This document shows positions 25,708 to 38,239 of a DNA stretch of 64,000 nucleotides, in pieces; the first letter of the stretch is position 1, and each line of letters opens with the position of its first letter. The notes beneath the pieces were generated by a model. It was not told the DNA's origin. It saw only the letters and a list, made by a program, of their open reading frames with translations, and ran no database searches. A program made the translations under genes and the position numbers. This DNA is from Dipteris shenzhenensis. Taxonomy: Eukaryota. The DNA lies in the NCBI GenBank assembly GCA_047967505.1, contig CM106538.1; one strand, given 5' to 3'.

Positions 25708-27170
25708 ATGTGGCTAGGAAGTGCTTCTAGCTCACCTGATCCCCGGGAATCTATTTGGAAGGACTTATATAACATTTTAGGGCACCCTCCTAGTCCTGCG
25801 GAGTTATACGGGTATATGATAGGTACTCTTAACACTCCCCAGGAGTCGGCACTACAGACTCCAAGCCACCCCACACCGCCTGAGATCACCCCAGTGGAGT
25901 CAGCACAACCGTCTTATGCCCCTTCTTATGCCCCTTCCCTCGTACCGTCTTATGCCCCTTCCCCCATGCCGTCTTATGTCCCTTCTGCCATCCCGTCTTA
26001 TGCCCCTTCCCCCATGCCGTCAGGAGGTCCTTCTGTCTCGGCGAGCCATCGACGTACTCCCCAGTCGTCGAGACTCGGTTCTCCAGCTACGAGTGGTCAG
26101 CGTAGTCCCGTGCAGTCCCCAGCTACAAGTGGCCAGCGTACGAGCTCGACATGATAGGGTAGCAGGCGTAGTAGCAGGGAGAGCGGTGGGGGATGCATGG
26201 CACAGTGCTTTGGGCCATGTGGCGGTGAGGAGGATGATGATTCAGATGATTTAGACACGCCTCTGGGTGATGGTACGATTTATTATGACATCACTCAGAC
26301 AGGAGGCATCTTGATGGATGCGCGGGGAAAGGACATCATGGCCTTCATGCGCTCTGTAATTGCTAACAATTACAGAGATTGCTTTATCCACTATAAAGAC
26401 CACCCAAAGAGGTTGGCTGATGAGACCCTCGCTACTGTTCGCTCTAGGTATCCTAACCCCCCCAATCGCCAGTTCACAGATAAATGGGGGAAGTCAAAGA
26501 TTGTTACGATACTTAGCAATAAAAGATCTTTGCTTAAGAGGCAGGCACTAGCGGAGCTTGCCAGGCTTGAGGCAGGTCAACCACCAAGGGGCCCGCCCCA
26601 CACCACTCACAAGCGTGAGTGGAAGAAGGCAATGAAGTCAGCGAGGGAGGACCCCAGTCTGTAGCACGTGGAGGCACAGAGGATCCAGATGGAGAAATAT
26701 GGAAGCACGCATTTTGGAGCAGGGGGTGTTGAATCATGGGAGGCCCAATTTGTAAGTATCGATCTCAAATTATATTGCTTATGTAGTTTATTAGGAGGTT
26801 GGTTGTTTCTTTGTACTAATCCCTCCACAAAGTGTGTTGCGGTCATGCAGCTTGAGATCGTGGGCAGATACCCTACTCCAGTGGAGATAGCCTACCACCA
26901 CCACCATCGCAAAGGAGATACATGGAGGCACTTCTATGATGACGGGTTGATTACTAAGGAGCAGTATACCCGAGCTACTGGAGCGGCCCCCCAGGTAATT
27001 GAAAGTAATTAAATAATGCCAAAATTATAAGTAAAGATTTGATTTTTCATACATTGATATATGTTGTCCCTTGTTTACAGGCCCATGCACAAGACGACGA
27101 GGAAGACGAGGAAGGAGGCACAGAAGGGAGCGTAGAAGGGAGCGTGGAAGGCACAGAGGATTGGTCGTAG
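25708..27170 (+). pseudogene. CACTA ORF2 (accessory gene), 3 predicted exons, Pro/Ser-rich N-terminus and acidic C-terminus
   Basis: One frame 25708-26751 broken by TGA (26152) and TAG (26662); introns 26752-26850 and 26995-27080 (GT-AG); last exon AHAQDDEEDEEGG...WS*. PSYA repeats at about 25910-26020. Confidence 0.8.
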
Positions 27171-27868
27171 AAGTAGTGCTAGCTACTCTTTTTTGTACTT
27201 AAAGCCATTGGCTTGGCTTCGTGCCTCTTGTATATAGACTCTTATTTTTTGTACTTGAAGCCACATGACATGGCTTAGCTTCCTTATTTTTTGTACTTGA
27301 AGCCACATGATGTGGCTTAGCTTTGTGCTATATGTATATACAAGCACTTTTTGAGCTTTTAATTTTATTGCGTTTTGGAGTTGTAATATTTTATTTGGAA
27401 TTGTAATTAAAATGCGGTTGGCTGTAAGAATTGAATTACAGAATGTGGATATGGGATTCTTGTAACTATATAGCATACACAACATACACAGTATTTTGTA
27501 AAATTAAAAAAAAAAAAGCGTGTCTATCCGTGCGTTTAAAAATGCATTTATATTCGTGTCTGTCTGTTCAACTTGTGTCTATATGTGCGTCTATAAACGC
27601 ATTTATAAGTGCATCTATTTATGCATCTAACTGTGCGTCTATACGCACGTGAGTCTGATATATAGACGCGCAATTAGGCGCGCCCGTAAGTTTTTTATTT
27701 AGTTCATGAAACGTGTCTGTGCGCGCGTCTATGGGTGCTTTGTCTTGTTGTGTATAATGTTGTCTATTATGTCTATTATGTGGCCATATTGAAAATAGAT
27801 TCAGTTATGTTTGGGAGCTATGGAGCTATCGGTTCATAGTATGAGGGTATGATGGTAGCATGGCTTTC

Positions 27869-27872
<4 letters not shown>

Positions 27873-27914
<42 letters not shown>
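27873..27914. repeat. (CT)n microsatellite
   Basis: Directly visible. Confidence 0.97.
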
Positions 27915-27917
<3 letters not shown>

Positions 27918-28020
27918 CCCCCATGCTACTAGATCTTGACAATTGCGTTGTGTATTTGGAAGGGATTGTGGATCTTTTTGATGGACCTCTCTAAATTTAA
28001 GAATGCATAAACCGCTCCCC

Positions 28021-28390
28021 ATAGGCTCCAATACCGATGGGGGTGAGTGATTCTAGACTTCCTCTTATATATATGTTTGTTCCCTACTCCTTTCCGAGGA
28101 TCAAAGATCTAAATAAGGTGTGAATGCTCTTCATTTGGAGCATCTATGTGCACTATGTTCCTCACACATTCTACAAAAGTATGAAATAAATCAAAGGAAC
28201 CTAAATGCACCTACCAAAATCCTTTGAAAACAACCATCCTTTTTTTATCAATTGGTGTGGGTGAAATTTGAGAGCAAAACTTGGAGGGAATGTTTATGAC
28301 CTTCACGATCAAGACTGTACATTGTGAAAAGAAACTTATAGGCCCACTTGATAGTCCTACCTGACAAGTAGCAATTGGAAGTGTTTGGAT
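28021..28390 (+). pseudogene. P-element-like transposase relic, 5' part (interrupted by the copia at 28391)
   Basis: IGSNTDG, then (with a frameshift) LHDQD..HCEKKLIGPLDSP..VAIGSVW; the frame continues across TSD TGGAT into 41225. Confidence 0.5.
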
Positions 28391-29115
28391 TGTAAGAAAA
28401 CAATACAACGTCTGTGCTCAACAGATAACAGGATCTTGTACACAAGACAGAAAACCAGATAGTATGGAGAATAAAAAATTTGATTACTGTAGATTTGATA
28501 CAATTGATGGCACTGCCTCCCAACCATGCGCTCCTGTGAAAGAAGCTTCGATGGCAAGATGGAAATAGTAGAGGACAGAGGCTAGATGCTAAGGAATCAG
28601 GGTTGCTATAGCCAGTGATGAAATGGGCTTCATAGGCTCACTCTTATATAGCCACTAATCATAGTCAGTTGGACCCAATTGGGTGACCGACCTAGTCTAC
28701 CCAAAATGGTCGACTGGGGGTCAGTCTTGAAATAGGCCACCGACCACACGATAGAACCGTGGCGTAAAATAGAGCAACTAACCTACGGGCTCTGTTCGGC
28801 CCACAGCCATCCGGGATCAACTAGGACTCCAAACGGGCCCCGCAACTTGAGAGTGGGTTGCCCCGAGAAATGCTCTGTCTACCCTCAATGCAGTCAGTCA
28901 TGGGATGCCTTCCCACACTTGCATGTAGCCTAGTTGGAAGTGTGCCAACTCCGTCCAGCCATCAGCAGGCCACAGATGGCCCCCATCTAGTGTCCGAACC
29001 AAGACCTACCGGATAACCGAGCTACTCAAATGCCTTCTCCTCATATGGGGGGCTTACAAGTAGAGTTAGTTGGTTCTCGCGTAGTTACACGAGAGTGGAG
29101 CATTGATATCTAACA
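28391..29115 (-). repeat. 3' LTR (725 bp)
   Basis: Aligns end to end with 40501-41224, with many transition differences. Confidence 0.95.
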
Positions 29116-29145
29116 CCACCCCTCAATGTCCACTCGCAAGTAAAC

Positions 29146-31276
29146 TTACTTTTTTGGTCCAATGCCAAGTCGATGAAGATGCCTCTCTAGCCAGTCTCTT
29201 CCAAGAGCCTTCATGAAGATGTCCGTAGCATTCTCTGTAGTCGGACAGTACACCAAGTTGTTGACCTCTCCATCCATGATGAGCTCACGTACAAAGTGAT
29301 ATTGAATCTCAATGTGTTTTGTACGAGTGTGGAACATAGGCTTCTTTGCAATCGCCATGCAACTCTGATTGTCACATGATAACTGCGTAGGCTTGTTCAG
29401 GCTTGTTCTGCACTGCACCCATGTCCCCAAAAGTCCTCCTCAACCACACTGCCTCGCAAGAAGCAAAGCAAGCTGATTTGTACTTAGCCTCAGTAGAAGA
29501 AAGAGCAACTGTGGGTTGCTTCTTATTGACCCATGACATAGCTCCAGATCCAAGTGAGAAGTAGTACAACCTGTCACTGATCTCTTGCTGTCCACATCTC
29601 CTACCCAATCCGAGTCACAGAATCTGGTCAAGATGTTGCCCTTGGTATAGGTGATGCCATAATCAAGTGTGCCTTTGATGTATTTCAGCATCTGCATCCC
29701 TACCCTCCAATGGTTCTCCCGGGGCTTATTGCAACACCTGCTTAGTACACCAGTCACAAAGCTTATGTCTGGCCATGTGTCACACAAGTAAATCAAACTG
29801 CCCACAAGCCTTTTGTACTTCATTTCGTCCACCAGTGGTGATGAATCCTCGTTTGAGAGCTTCACGTCAACCTCCATAGGGGTACCAACTGTCTTGCACT
29901 CAGCCATGCCAAATGTCTTTAGTATCTCTCCAGCATACTTCAGCTGTGAAATGAAGATCTGTTTCGGCTCTTGCCAAACTTCAATCCCCAAACAGAAATG
30001 CATCAGCGAGGTCTGTCATTTCAAACTCTCTTCCTAGCAAATGCTTTGTCTACGAGATCTTATCTTCATGGTTCCTTGTTATGACAAGGTCATCCACATA
30101 AAGGACCACGATCATACATCTGCCTCCTCCTCTGAAGATATATAAATGTGCATCTGATGGGCTCCTCCTGAACCCATTTTGCAGAAAGTAGGCATCAATC
30201 CACTGGTACCACGCTCGTGGGGCCTATTTTAGCCCGTAAAGTGCCTTCTTCAGTTTACAGACTTTACCTTCTTCTGAACCGGCGATCACAAAACCTGGTG
30301 GTTGTTCCACATATACCTCCTCCTTGAGATCCCCATTCAAAAAGGCAGATTTTACATCCATTTGAAACACGGGCCAACTTCCCTGGGTAGCTAAAGCCAA
30401 AACACTGCGAATTGTGGTTAGTCGAGCTGTGGGAGCAAAAGCATCCTGATAATCAAAACCATGTACCTATGCAAATCCTTTTGTCACGAGCTGAGCCTTG
30501 TACTTATCCAACATGCCATCGGACTTCTACATGGTCTTGTACACCCACTTGGTGCCGATTACCTTACGTTTTGGTGGACGATCCACAAGGTCCCAAGTGT
30601 TATTCATTATGGAGCCATACTTCGACTGCATAGCCTCCATCCACCTATCATCACCCTGTGCCTCTTCAAAGACACTTGGGTTCATCAACACAGATCACCT
30701 CAGTCATTAAAGCATAGTTGACCAAGTGTTCTTGCACCCTTCTTTGCTCCTCTAATCTCTCGAGCCGGCGGTGTTCGGATGGTTCCTCCTCAATGGTTGG
30801 AGGTTCTCTACCATCCAAAAGCTACTTTACCCACTTCAGGAATGGCCGTTGCCATTGTGGTTCTGCAGGCTCTTCTTCATCTTCTTTATCTTGAATCCTC
30901 TGAAGCACCATTGGGGGAGTTTGGTCTACTGTTGGTGGTGGTACTGGATGGATATCCTGGTCCTGATTGTATGGGAAGGAAGCATCCTCCTCCAATTGAT
31001 GTGGCTGTTTTGAGAGGACCACATCGCGACTTACTATTACCTTCTTGGTAACAGGGTTATAGAGACAGTAACCCTTCGCCTCTTCACTGTAGCCCAAGAA
31101 AATACACTTTCGGCTCTTCCGTTCCCATTTGGTCCTGTTAGCATCAGGGACATGCACAAAACAGTCACATCCAAAAACTCTGAAATGTGCAGCTGAGGGT
31201 TTCTTACCAGAAAAGGCCTGCAGTGGAGGCCTGCAGTGGAGGGTTTCTTACTAGAAAAGGCCTGCAGTGGAGGCAT
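29146..31276 (-). pseudogene. copia pol, 3' part (integrase C-terminus, RT, RNase H)
   Basis: KSRKCIFLGYSEEAKGY, QMDVKSAFLNG, LYVDD, FCDSDWVGD, KKQPTVALSSTEAKY, RTKHIEIQYHFVRE. Confidence 0.95.
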
Positions 31277-31532
31277 TGTTGAGAGTTCACGCTCAACATC
31301 ATGTGATCATGTGTGCATAGCACCATCACGTGATCATATGTGCATAGCACTAACCTTATAGAGTGCTATAAAGGAAAGGGTTAGATCCCCTAACCTAACC
31401 CTAAAAGGGTTTGTATATATTCTATTTTTTCAACTAATTCTAGTGTACAGTTAGTCATTTGTGGTGTGCTCTCTAGCTGTGCCCTCTCTCCTCATCTCCA
31501 CTCTTCTCCTCTCCCCTCTTCATATTTTGTCA
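31277..31532 (+). repeat. 5' LTR (256 bp)
   Basis: TG...CA ends, TATA-like CTATAAAG, followed directly by the PBS. Confidence 0.97.
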
Positions 31533-32619
31533 TGGTATCAGAGCTCCCTTGTCTTCCGCTGAGACATTGAGTTTCTTGAGAGTGTGAGAGAGATTGTGAG
31601 ATTGAGAGTTCTCTTGAGTGATTGTGAGATCTTTCCCTTCACTTCCGTTGAGAGAAATTTCCGTCATTGAGAAGAAATTTCCGTCCATTATTCTTTCTTT
31701 GAGTTCATTCTTGAGAGATTTTAGTTCCTTCTCTTGAGTGTTTCTTATTCCGTGAGAGAGAGAGACCTCTGAGTGTTCATTGAAAGCTTCAAGAGCTATT
31801 ACTGTGTGAAAGAGATAGGGTGAGAAAGAAAGGTTTTAGTCTCATTCTCAGAGAAAGAGATAGAGAGGTGTCTCAAGAGAGTTTGAGAGTGTTTTCTTTT
31901 TCAAGAGAAGCCCAGCAACAACCAAGGCTCCATCGACAAGATATTGTGGGCTACAACGAACGCAGGCTACTGCACCGACAGACCTCCTTCTACGCGGCTG
32001 CGACCACGGTTGCACACTCCAGCAACGAAGCGTCTCCTAGTTGGTACCCGCGAGCGGACCTCCATAGTCTTCTACGACTTCCAAGCCTCTTCACCGGCTC
32101 CTACGCTACCTGCGCTCCAGACCACTTCACAAAGCGGCTCTCGTTGCACCAGCGACTCCTAAGCTCCATCAACGACGAGCGCCCACGAGCAAGCATCTCC
32201 AAGCCTCACGCCTCGAATGGCTCCGCAGCTAGCCTCACGCCTCGAACACGCAGCTAGCCACACATCTCGTACAGCGAAGCTCTAGCGCTTAGCGCTCTCG
32301 TACAATGGGGGTCCAGCGCAAGAGTTCGCAAGAGTTCCGTGTCCATCCCTCCTTCAAGTGAGCATCTTCGGAGAACTGCGAACATCGAAGCTTCAGATTT
32401 GAGCGTGGACGGAGCTCACCCAGCCACGACAGCGAAAGCCCTTCTTCCCAGAGCCCAGCTGCCACCACGAATGTGAAAGCCAAGCGTCTAGCAACCTCGC
32501 AACATCGAACGAGCGCCTCCAAACGCGCACATTCCCGTTTCCAAAGCTCCATCGACGGAGAAGACGACGGAATCTAGAAGATTCCGTCCGAATCTTTCTA
32601 GATTCTGGCTTCCCACAGC

Positions 32620-33125
32620 GTGACACGTGGCCCGTGCGCCATGTCATCTAATCTGCCACGTGTCAACCTTATCTGCCACGTGTCAATCCTATCTGCCACG
32701 TCAGCACTGCCACATCATCTGCCACATCAGCAGTGCCACGTAAGTAGGCCACGTCATCACTGACTGCCACATCAGCACCGACTGCCACATCACCTGCCAC
32801 GTCATCAGTGACACATCATCAGCCACGTCACCTGCCACATCATCAGTGACACATCATCAGCCACGTCACCTGTCACGTCATCAGTGACACGTCATCAGGC
32901 CACGTCATCTGCCATGTCATCTGGCCACGTCATCTGCCACGTCATCTACCACGTCACTTGTGCCACGTCATCTGTGCCACGTCATCATTGCCACGTCATC
33001 AGTGCCATGTCATCAGTGACACCTCAGCACTGCCACCTCAGCACAGAGCTTCACTGGCACACCTCTTGCTAAGCACAGTGCCACATCATCACTGCATGTG
33101 ACTCACAGTGACACATCATCATTGA
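32620..33125 (+). repeat. Dense array of TGCCACGTCA(TC)-type 10-13-bp units (G-box/ACGT-core) in the retrotransposon leader
   Basis: Dozens of GCCACGTCA, GCCACATCA and GACACGTCA units; an equivalent array lies at about 61180-61640. Confidence 0.9.
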
Positions 33126-33903
33126 GCACCATTTGCACTCCTTTTGCCCCTCCACCTAGATCAAGTCATATCTCTTGATCCAGGAAGAATTTGAGGGTGC
33201 TCCAAAAAGGAAAGTCGCTCGATTTTTTGTGCTCTATGCGCTCGTTACATCATGCGCACATTTCGGTGCAAGTTACACTCACATTTGAGCCTCGCCGACA
33301 AAACCACTTCCTTCATGCACATTTGCCTCTACATCGACGCATCTGACCCAGCACTTAAAAGGAACAAAGGAAAAGGAATTATTTGCTGCTCTTTCATCGA
33401 TCGACGGTTGGTTTAGATCTAGATCAGAGTAGACTAGATCGCCATAGAGGGGACGCTTTGAATTCCCCAAGTTGCCAATCTAAGCCATGCCCGAAATTCC
33501 CGACTAGTACCTACTCGGAGTCAGTCCATACGCTCACATCCGATTTCACATCATTACATTACCTGAAACCTTACGTTCATCAGTTCAGTGAGCAGACTTC
33601 AGAGTTCAGAGGCATTGCAGATTGATTCAGTGGGCAGATAGCACTTGATTTCACACACACATGCCACCATTGTAAAGCCTATTTGGCTATCTCACGGCAT
33701 CGTGCACATCATTTTTCAGCCTTGTAAAGCCTCTTGGCTATTCCCGGCATCATTGCCACAAGCCTTGTAACACAGGTCAGATCTTATTTACTGCAGTTCT
33801 ATCTTCACCGACGGTACAGAGATTTCACTTGGCATCTTCAGTGTATTTGCAGTTGATTCATACAGAGTTTTCCAGGACACTTTTTGAGTACATTGTTTGC
33901 ACC

Positions 33904-36900
33904 ATGTCGACTAGCAACCTCAATCTGGAGGCATCTGCTAAGTTAGACAACTCCAATTACGGTACATGGAAATACCGAATGGAGACCATTCTTGTGCTTC
34001 AGGACAAATGGGAGTATGTTGATGGATCCATACCTAGACCATTGGCAGATCCAGCCACCAGTAGCTCTACTCCATCTGTTGTCACAGCACCAGCAACGGG
34101 ATCTACATCGGGATCTACATCTACACAAACAGTTTCCGCATCAGTAGCAGATCCTGCCATTGCCCGAGCTCAAGCAGAATGGGATAAGAAAGACAAGTAT
34201 GCCTATCACCTGATCAAGCAGAATGTGCAAGATGTCATGCTAGGACAGCTCAACACAGTCAAGACATCAAAAGAAGCATGGGATATGTTCACAGCTCTCT
34301 ACGAGTCCAAGAACACATCCAGGATTCTCACCTTGAGAAACCAGATCAACCAGAGTTTCCGCAATAGCAATGAAACCGGTCATGCTTATGTACTCCGCAT
34401 CAAAGACTACAACAATCAACTTGCAGCAGCAGGAGAAACTATGAATCCCGCAAAAATGGTTCAAGTAATCCTGAATGGACTAGGAGAAGGATATGAGAAT
34501 CTGGTCCAGAGTATTGCCATCCAATGACAAATTCCAACAGTTGAAGAACTTCAGTCAGTTCTACTTGGTGAAGAACTCAGGACTCAGGCCATTCAAGCAC
34601 GTAAAGGTCATTCTAATGATCAGGCATTCACAGCTTCAGACAGAAGCAGAGGCAAAGGCAGAAACAGAGGTAAATCATATCAGAAAAGTGGTCAAAATCA
34701 AAGTCAGAATCAGCATCAGCATCAGCAGCATCCTCAGCAACATCAAAATCAGCAAAGAGGAAATCATTCCAACAGAGGAAGATTCCAAGGACGAGGGAAT
34801 GCATCCACCAATGTGTCAAACATTCAATGCAACTATTGTCACAAGTTTGGACACTATGAAAGAGATTGTCGCAAGAAGCAGTATGACCAAGGCGGTCAAT
34901 CCAGCAGTAATCGAGGGAATTCCCAAGGAAGAGGAAATCATCGTGGTGGACATTCTAGTCACAGTCATTTTGCAAATGAACATGGAAATATGTTTCTTGC
35001 AAGTGAGGAATTGCATCAGACTGATACAATGCACCTAGACACTGATTTCAATCCCAAAGAAGATTTCAGCTATCAAGTCGACCAAGTGGAACAGGATCCT
35101 TGGTACATCGACAGCGGTGCATCATCTCATATGACAAAATGGTTTACAGAAATGCAGCCATTAGAAGGTCAAAAGAATGTCATCTATACAGCAGACAATA
35201 CACCGAATCCGGTTCAAGGGACAGGTGTTATCCCTATGAACAATTTCACTGGTACAAAAGGATTAGTCAAAGATGTGCTCTATGTTCCGAAGCTCAGTAA
35301 GAACCTTTTGTCAGTAGGTCAAATGACGGAACACAACTACAAAGTCATCTTCGATGGTGATGAATGCACTATCAGAGACAAATCCAAAAGAGGTCAGCTA
35401 GTAGCAAAAGGTGTCAAGGAAGGACGCTTATACAGGATGCTAGCTATGGTACCAGATAAGCATGCCATGTCAGCTCAAATGCAACAGATGCCACTATCTG
35501 CAAAATGGCACAAGAGATATGGTCATGTCAACTTCAAGTACTTGTTAGATCTCAGGAATCAGAATATGGCAATTGGGATTCCGAAGCTACAGTTTCTTGG
35601 AAAGGTTTGTGAAGCATGCTGCTTCGGCAAACAAAAGCGAACCAACTTTGTCAGAAGTACCTCTCGTGCACGAGGTATTCTTGATTTAATTCATACAGAT
35701 GTATGGGGTTATGCCCAGACCCGCAGCATCAATGGTTCACTTTATTACTTGACCTTCATCGACGACTACAGCAGATATTGTTGGGTCTACTTTCTGAAAG
35801 AGAAATTTGAAGTGTTTGCCAGATTTCAAGAATTCAAAGCCATGGTAGAAAACCAAACAGGCAGAAAGATTAAGGTCATGAGATCAGATAGAGGAGGTGA
35901 ATACATGTCTTCAGCCTTCATGAACTTTTGCAAAACTCACGGCATTCGAAGACAATTCACATGTGCAGATACTCCTCAGCAAAATGCAATAGCTGAAAGG
36001 AAGAATGGGACTTTAGCAGATAGTGCTAGAGCAATGCTTAGTGAAAAGCATCTTCTGAATCAGTATTGGGTAGAAGCAATAGCTACAGCTAACTACTTGC
36101 TTAATCGGCTTCCTACCGAACCGATACAAGGAATGACTCCTTATGAAGCATTCATTGGACACAAGCCATGCATTGGGCATCTCCGCATATTCGGTTGCAT
36201 AGCATATGCTCACATACATGATGATCATCGCAGGAAATTGGATGCGAAGTCACGCAAATGCATCATGGTTGGCTACAGTGAAGAAAGTAAAGCATACAAA
36301 TTGTATGATCCCATCAACCGCAAAGTCATTATCTCCAGAGATGTAATCTTCGATGAGGAATCAGAATGGAAAACCTCACCTACACAGGAGATAGAAGCAT
36401 CGACTTCACAGTCATCTACAGAACAGGTTGATGAAGAAGAGCAAGAATTGCCAGCAACACCCCAATCAGCGTCACAGCAGCTCAGACGGTCTACTAGGGA
36501 AAGCAGACCACCAGCCAGATTGACATATGCTCAGAAAGGCAAAGCAATTCAGGTGGAAACCACCAACTATGCTCTTATGACTACCATCGTGGCTACAGAA
36601 GAGCCAGTGTACTTCGAAGACGCAGTAGATAAGCCAGAATGGCAAACTGCAATGAATGAAGAAATGGATGCTTTGTATAAAAATAACACTTGGGAATTAT
36701 GCGACCTTCCACCAGGAAAGAAGGCCATAGCCAACAAATGGGTATACAAAGTGAAGTACAATCCAGATGGCAGTATTCAGAGATACAAAGCCAGATTAGT
36801 TGCAAAAGGATTTGCACAACAATATGGCCAAGATTATGATGAGACTTATGCTCCAGTAGCAAAGATGGATACCATACGGTTCTTGATATCACTAGCGACA

Positions 36901-38151
36901 CTCAGTAAATGGAATGTGTATCAGCTCGATGTCAAGAATGCATTTCTCAATGGTTATCTAGACGAGGAAGTCTACATGCAACAACCAGCCGGTTATGTTG
37001 AACCAGGACAGGAGAACAAGGTTTGCCATCTCAAGAAAAGTCTCTATGGCTTAAAGCAAGCACCCAGAAGTTGGTACAGCAGAATTGACAAGTATTTTGC
37101 TGATCTGGGATACATGAAGTCCAATGCAGATCATACTCTCTACTACAAAGTTCAAGGGGAAGATATTACTATTGCACTTTTGTACGTAGATGATCTGATT
37201 GTGACAGGAAGCAAGGATAGCTTCATCAGAAAGCTAAAACAAGACTTATCTGCAGAGTTCGACATGAAAGATCTTGGACTTATGCACTATTGTCTTGGAA
37301 TTGAGTTCTGGAGAGATTCAGATAGCACATTCATGAGTCGGCTCAAATATGTTGATAGTCTCCTGAAGAAGTTTCATATGGCAGATTGCAAGATTGCAGC
37401 CACTCCCATGGAACAGAGTTTGAAACTTACTAAAGATTCAGAAAAGCCTACAGTCAATGACAGATACTACAGGCAACTCATTGGATCTCTTATATATCTG
37501 ACAATCACACGGCCAGATATTTGTTATGCAGTAAGCTCACTAGCATAGTTTATGGCAAATCCAAAACAGTCTCACTGGAATGCAGCCAAAAGAGTCTTGA
37601 GATACATCAGAGGTACAAGACAATTTGGGATAGAATACAGAGGAAGTCATCCACGGTTGCATGGATACTGTGATAGTGACTATGCTAGAGATCATGAGAC
37701 CAGGAGATCGACACAGGGATATGCATTTTTCCTTGGTCAAGGTGCTATATCATGGTTGTCAAACAAACAGCCAACTGTTTCTTTGTCTTCGACTGAAGCA
37801 GAATATAGAGCACTCACTACAGGTGCATGTGAAGCTATATGGCTCAGAAGACTATTGTCAGAAACAGATTACTTTGATGAGTCAAAGCCAACAACAATAT
37901 ACTGTGATAATCAATCGGCTCAAGCATTGGCCAAAAATCCAGTATATCACTCCAGGACAAAGCACATTGATGTCAGAGAGCACTTCATCAGAGAAAGAGT
38001 GTTACTTGGTGACATCACACTGCAGCATTGTGATAGCAAAGAAAATGTTGCAGACATCTTTACCAAACCACTCGGTAAAGAGCTATTCGAGAAACACCGA
38101 CTAGCTCTTGGTTTGATGCAGAGGAAGGACATTCCCATTAAAGGGGTGTGA
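33904..38151 (+). pseudogene. copia gag-pol polyprotein, single frame with only two in-frame stops (TGA 34525, TAG 37546)
   Basis: ORFs 33829, 34813 and 37552 share one frame. KLDNSNYGTWK, CNYCHKFGHYERDC, WYIDSGASSHM, LDLIHTDVWG, RSDRGGEY, YKARLVAKG, LDVKNAFLNG, LYVDD, GYCDSDYA, ADIFTKPL. Confidence 0.97.
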
Positions 38152-38239
38152 TGGAATGTAATGCTCAGTCCTTCTTCGATTCCCCAGAATCATCATCTTG
38201 AGGGAAGGCCTACTTCATGATGTTGATCTTGAGGGAAGG

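Larger units (their letters stand above)
20572..27752. mobile_element. Complete CACTA/EnSpm-superfamily DNA transposon with CACAA termini (7181 bp)
   Basis: About 30-bp TIRs: CACAACAACACAAAGCAACTATAGACGCGC (20572) and, on the reverse strand, CACAACAAGACAAAGCACCCATAGACGCGC (27752). 3-bp TSD TAT on both sides; TAGACGCG subterminal repeats; CACTA transposase inside. Confidence 0.95.

Noticed and set aside
31820-32647. env-like or extra ORF in the young copia
   Set aside because: ORFs are short, begin at non-ATG codons or lack motifs, are not conserved in the sister copy, and there is no room for an ORF between pol and the 3' LTR.
34525-37548. U-to-C RNA editing repairing the two stops
   Set aside because: That editing is known from organelles of ferns, hornworts and some lycophytes, not nuclear TEs; methylcytosine deamination explains the stops.
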